NCBI RefSeq assembly: GCF_018977255.1 | Contig: NW_024704779.1 | Location: forward strand, 248,001-312,000 | DNA from: Callorhinchus milii | Taxonomy: Eukaryota | Direction of reading: 5' to 3' | DNA length: 64,000 bases | Shown here: piece after piece, positions 60,865 to 64,000 of the stretch | How positions within the stretch are numbered: the stretch's first letter is position 1 | Layout: the number at the start of each line of letters is the position of its first letter | Translations under genes and position numbers: made by a program | Notes under the pieces: generated by a model | What the model was told of the DNA's origin: nothing | Database searches by the model: none | What the model saw: the letters and a program-made list of their open reading frames with translations, nothing else

Positions 60865-63385
60865 ATGAAGAGGTTTCACAGTTTTTCGGAGAAGAGTTTT
60901 CGGAAAGAAACTGTTTTCCAAATAATGTACGTCGTCTACCCTACCCTGGGCCTTGTCGGTGTGCTCGGTGAGTCAACCAATGTGATCCATGGATCACTTC
61001 AGCTCCGAATGTATATTTACAGAAGATAAATCTTGGTGAACATGCATCCAATCTCAATGGTTATCACAGATTTTCACGCTGACACCATTATTCCAATTAA
61101 ACTAGATTTTTTTCCGGTAATTTTGCCGACGTGTTGTCTGTACAATAATATTGGCATTTAGACAGTGCCCGCATCAACATTAATTGAAATATATGATACA
61201 TATTTCTGGTTTCGGATCCTGTCAGTTCCTTGTCACTTGAGGCGCTGACAGTAACAAACACCACTGAGTATGCAACGCACCGCTGCTAGCAGTTGTGGGC
61301 ACCACTTTGACAAATTTCACTCAAAGTCACTCGTTGAGATTTCTTGTATATGGAGTCCTGAAACTCAATAGTTAATCAGAACACTGCGGTTCGTGTCTTC
61401 TCCCGCACGAAGCTCGTGAGCCGATCACTCCCATCCTTGCCCGGCTTCATTGGCTCACTATCCCCCAGAGCGACGTGTTCCAGATCCTCGTATTTGCTTT
61501 GAAAGTCGTTCGTGTTCTCGCCCCCACCTTTATCTGTGACCTATTCTGACCATCCAAGCAGCTCCAATCAGTCGACTAGCACTCTCTTCTCCACGTCTCT
61601 TTGTCTCGCCGTCGGAAACCGGGATTTCAGCGTCGTGGTATCTACTCTCTGGACCTAAATTCCAATGTCGTTCTGCCTCGCTGCCTCCATCTCCGCTTTC
61701 CAGAGTCCCCTCAAAATTCTTTCTTTCAAATTTCACTCGGTCCGCACCCTTGGCTCAGTTGACTTCCCATAAATCTCAAGCGCTTTGAGATGTCCACTTG
61801 GTGTTAAAGGCCTGTACAGGTAATCATGTTACATTTCACACAGTGAAAAGTCTGAAAAATTTCCAGCATTTATTGTGAAGGTGAAAGTTTTGCCAGTTTG
61901 CGAAATAGTCGTAAACCAAGCCATATATTTTATTGAGGAAATTTTGTCTACGAAACACGGAGAATCTCCCTTCTCTGTTCCCATAGCGCCGCAGAAGATC
62001 TTTATCATCCACCTGAGCAGCAAATCAGGACCACAGCATAATGACTTATCCGAAAAGTGGCACCCTCTGCCAATATAACACCCCCGCCCCACCCAGAATT
62101 GCTGTCCTGCCATCAGCTTAAAACAAGTGATTCTAAGTCTCGACATATGGCTTCAACCCACAAACTTGTAACTCGGGGTGAGATTTGATGGACATTCGAA
62201 ACCCAGATTGTATATCCGTAATTAAAAGGGAAGCTTTCATACATGTGTTCTTTAAAGTTAAACCAGCGAGTTGCTCTCTCTTTCCGTCTGTATCTCTTTC
62301 TGTCGATCGGTCTGTGCGTCTGGTTCTCTGTATTTCTTCGTCTTACTTGTCTTTCTCTCATTCTCTCTTTGTCTCTCTTTGTCTCTCTGTCTGTCTGTCT
62401 GTCTGTCTGTCGGGCGGTCGGTCGGTCGGTCGGTCGGTCGGTCTGCATTCCTGTGTTACAGATGTCCCTCTGTGTTACAGGCAACTTGCTGACGATCGTG
62501 ATCCTTTCCCGAGGAAACTGTGGACTGTCCAAACGCATCACCCGCTATCTCATTGCCATGGCCGCAGCAGACCTGCTGGTTGTGATTTCCGACGTGATAT
62601 TGACGCGGATGAATTTCCTTTTCTATCCCATCTGCTTCCTGGATCTAACACCCGTTTGCTCACTGTTAACGGCTGTGTTGTGTGCGGCTGCCGACAGCTC
62701 GGTCTGGCTGACTGTTGCCTTCACCTTCGATCGCTTCCTCGCCATCTGCTATCAAGGCGCGAGCGGCTCATGCGTCCCCGAGAGAATGGCCGCCATGGTG
62801 ATAGGGGCGGTCTGGGTGCTGAGCTGTGCCAGCAACGTGCCCTGGTTCCTATCTTACGAGCCATGGTTCGTGATCGGAAACGTGTCTTGGTTCTGCAAGG
62901 TCAAGAAAAGCTTCTATGTTTCCCGCAATTGGACGCTGTTTCACTGGTTTGACATAACGCTGACACCGTTTCTTCCTTTCAGTCTGATTTTAACCCTCAA
63001 CGTCCTCACCGTCAGGCACATTTTAGTCGCTAATAGAATCCGCAAACGCCTGCTGGGCCCCGGCCGTAGAGAGCGGAAAATTTCTGACCCGGAAACGGAA
63101 AACCGTATAAAATGCGTTGTTTTACTCTTTGCCATTTCCGGCAGCTTCATGTTGCTGTGGAGCACGTACGTTGTGTTTGTGATCTACGGACAAGTTGTGC
63201 ATTATTACTACACAGATTACAACCACCCAGTCTACATCCTCTACCATGCGGCCATTATGCTCCAGCTTTCGAACAGCGCCACAAACACATGCGTTTACGC
63301 GGTGACCCAGACGAAATTCAGAGAAGAGGTGAAGAAGGCAGTGAAATATCCATTTCTTTTAATGATAAAGGTGTTTAAACCGTGA
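60865..63385 (+). CDS. GPR139/GPR142-like class A GPCR, intact, opposite orientation; exons 60865..60967 and 62481..63385 (335 aa)
   Basis: Exon 1 MKRFHSFSEKSFRKETVFQIMYVVYPTLGLVGVL G|gtgagt; acceptor ttacag|GC AAC; LIAMAAADL, TFDRFLAIC, LSNSATNTCVY. Confidence 0.9.
61375..61830 (+). mobile_element. L2 LINE 3' fragment in GPCR intron
   Basis: cagaacactgcggttcgtgtcttctcccgcacgaagctc...cattggctc...; tail aagcgctttgagatgtcc. Confidence 0.7.
62370..62445 (+). repeat. (TCTG)n/(TCGG)n compound microsatellite at the GPCR intron 3' end
   Basis: Direct inspection. Confidence 0.9.
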
Positions 63386-64000
63386 AAATCCTCCATCGGG
63401 GTCTAAAACATAGAACGTTTTCAGCTTCCAGCAATTTAAAAAACATAATTTGGAATATTGGTTCAAGCATCATTTCCTTGTTTTGCATAGAGAAGAAAAA
63501 ATTAATATTTGATACACCGCCTTTCAAGCCAAGAAGATTCTTCCGAACATTTGCCTACAATCGCACAGCTAAAATTGGATAAGCATTACAATGGTTGTTT
63601 GTAATTTTGCAATACTCGGCTGCAAGCCCCTTTGACTAGATATTTAGTCTCTGAATTTCGTAGCAAAACGAGGGGGGACTTGGAAATCCTTCCGCAGTCT
63701 TGCAACATTCCACTTCTGCAAACACCTCAAATCTTATAAACCTGGCCATTCTGTGCCTCACACCTTCGTTTGCCTCTTTGAACGTCCGTTTCAATATTTT
63801 TCTCTTTGAAAGTGCTTTGAGTCATCTTTGCATCCAACCCAATTGACTTCCACCCTTCCTTAGTCCAAGCTAGCTCAAACTCCGAACCACACTGACATGT
63901 CGCTCAACAACGTGGACGCGGAGGCAGCCTCACGACGGGGAGGGATATTTACCAATTCCATTCACCTGAGCATCTGGATTAAGCAGCTGATGCTGATCTG

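Noticed and set aside
1514-61870. Other CACAGTG heptamers (e.g. near 1514, 33145, 39895, 60531, 61840) as possible J/D RSSs
   Set aside because: No nonamer at 12 or 23 nt and no FGxG J motif adjacent
62243-62480. N-terminal 80 aa of the 380-aa ORF 62243..63385
   Set aside because: Intronic simple repeat read in frame; the true start is the upstream exon at 60865 with GT/AG sites

Overview
Vertebrate genomic DNA, most likely a cartilaginous fish (possibly a holocephalan); the taxon is inferred from the repeat and gene content. The window is a dense Pol III tRNA gene cluster of about 28 genes and relics, many decaying. It is interleaved with (i) five two-exon GPR139/GPR142-like class A GPCR genes (four intact, one frameshifted), (ii) two T-cell-receptor alpha/delta-type V gene segments, each with leader exon, V exon and 23-bp-spacer RSS but no D/J/C in the window, and (iii) DeuSINE-like SINEs, L2 and CR1 LINE fragments, minisatellites and two N gaps. 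An ~8 kb unit (tRNA-Pro, tRNA-Ile, GPCR, Asn pseudogene, CR1) is duplicated at ~14.45 kb offset and sandwiches the two V segments. The most striking observation is a set of tRNA genes with introns at the canonical 37/38 site in families that are intronless in mammals: Pro-AGG (two copies, exons matching the standard vertebrate tRNA), Pro-TGG, Arg-TCG and Lys-TTT. Each keeps the anticodon-intron base pair used by the splicing endonuclease. All calls were made by eye; no searches were run.
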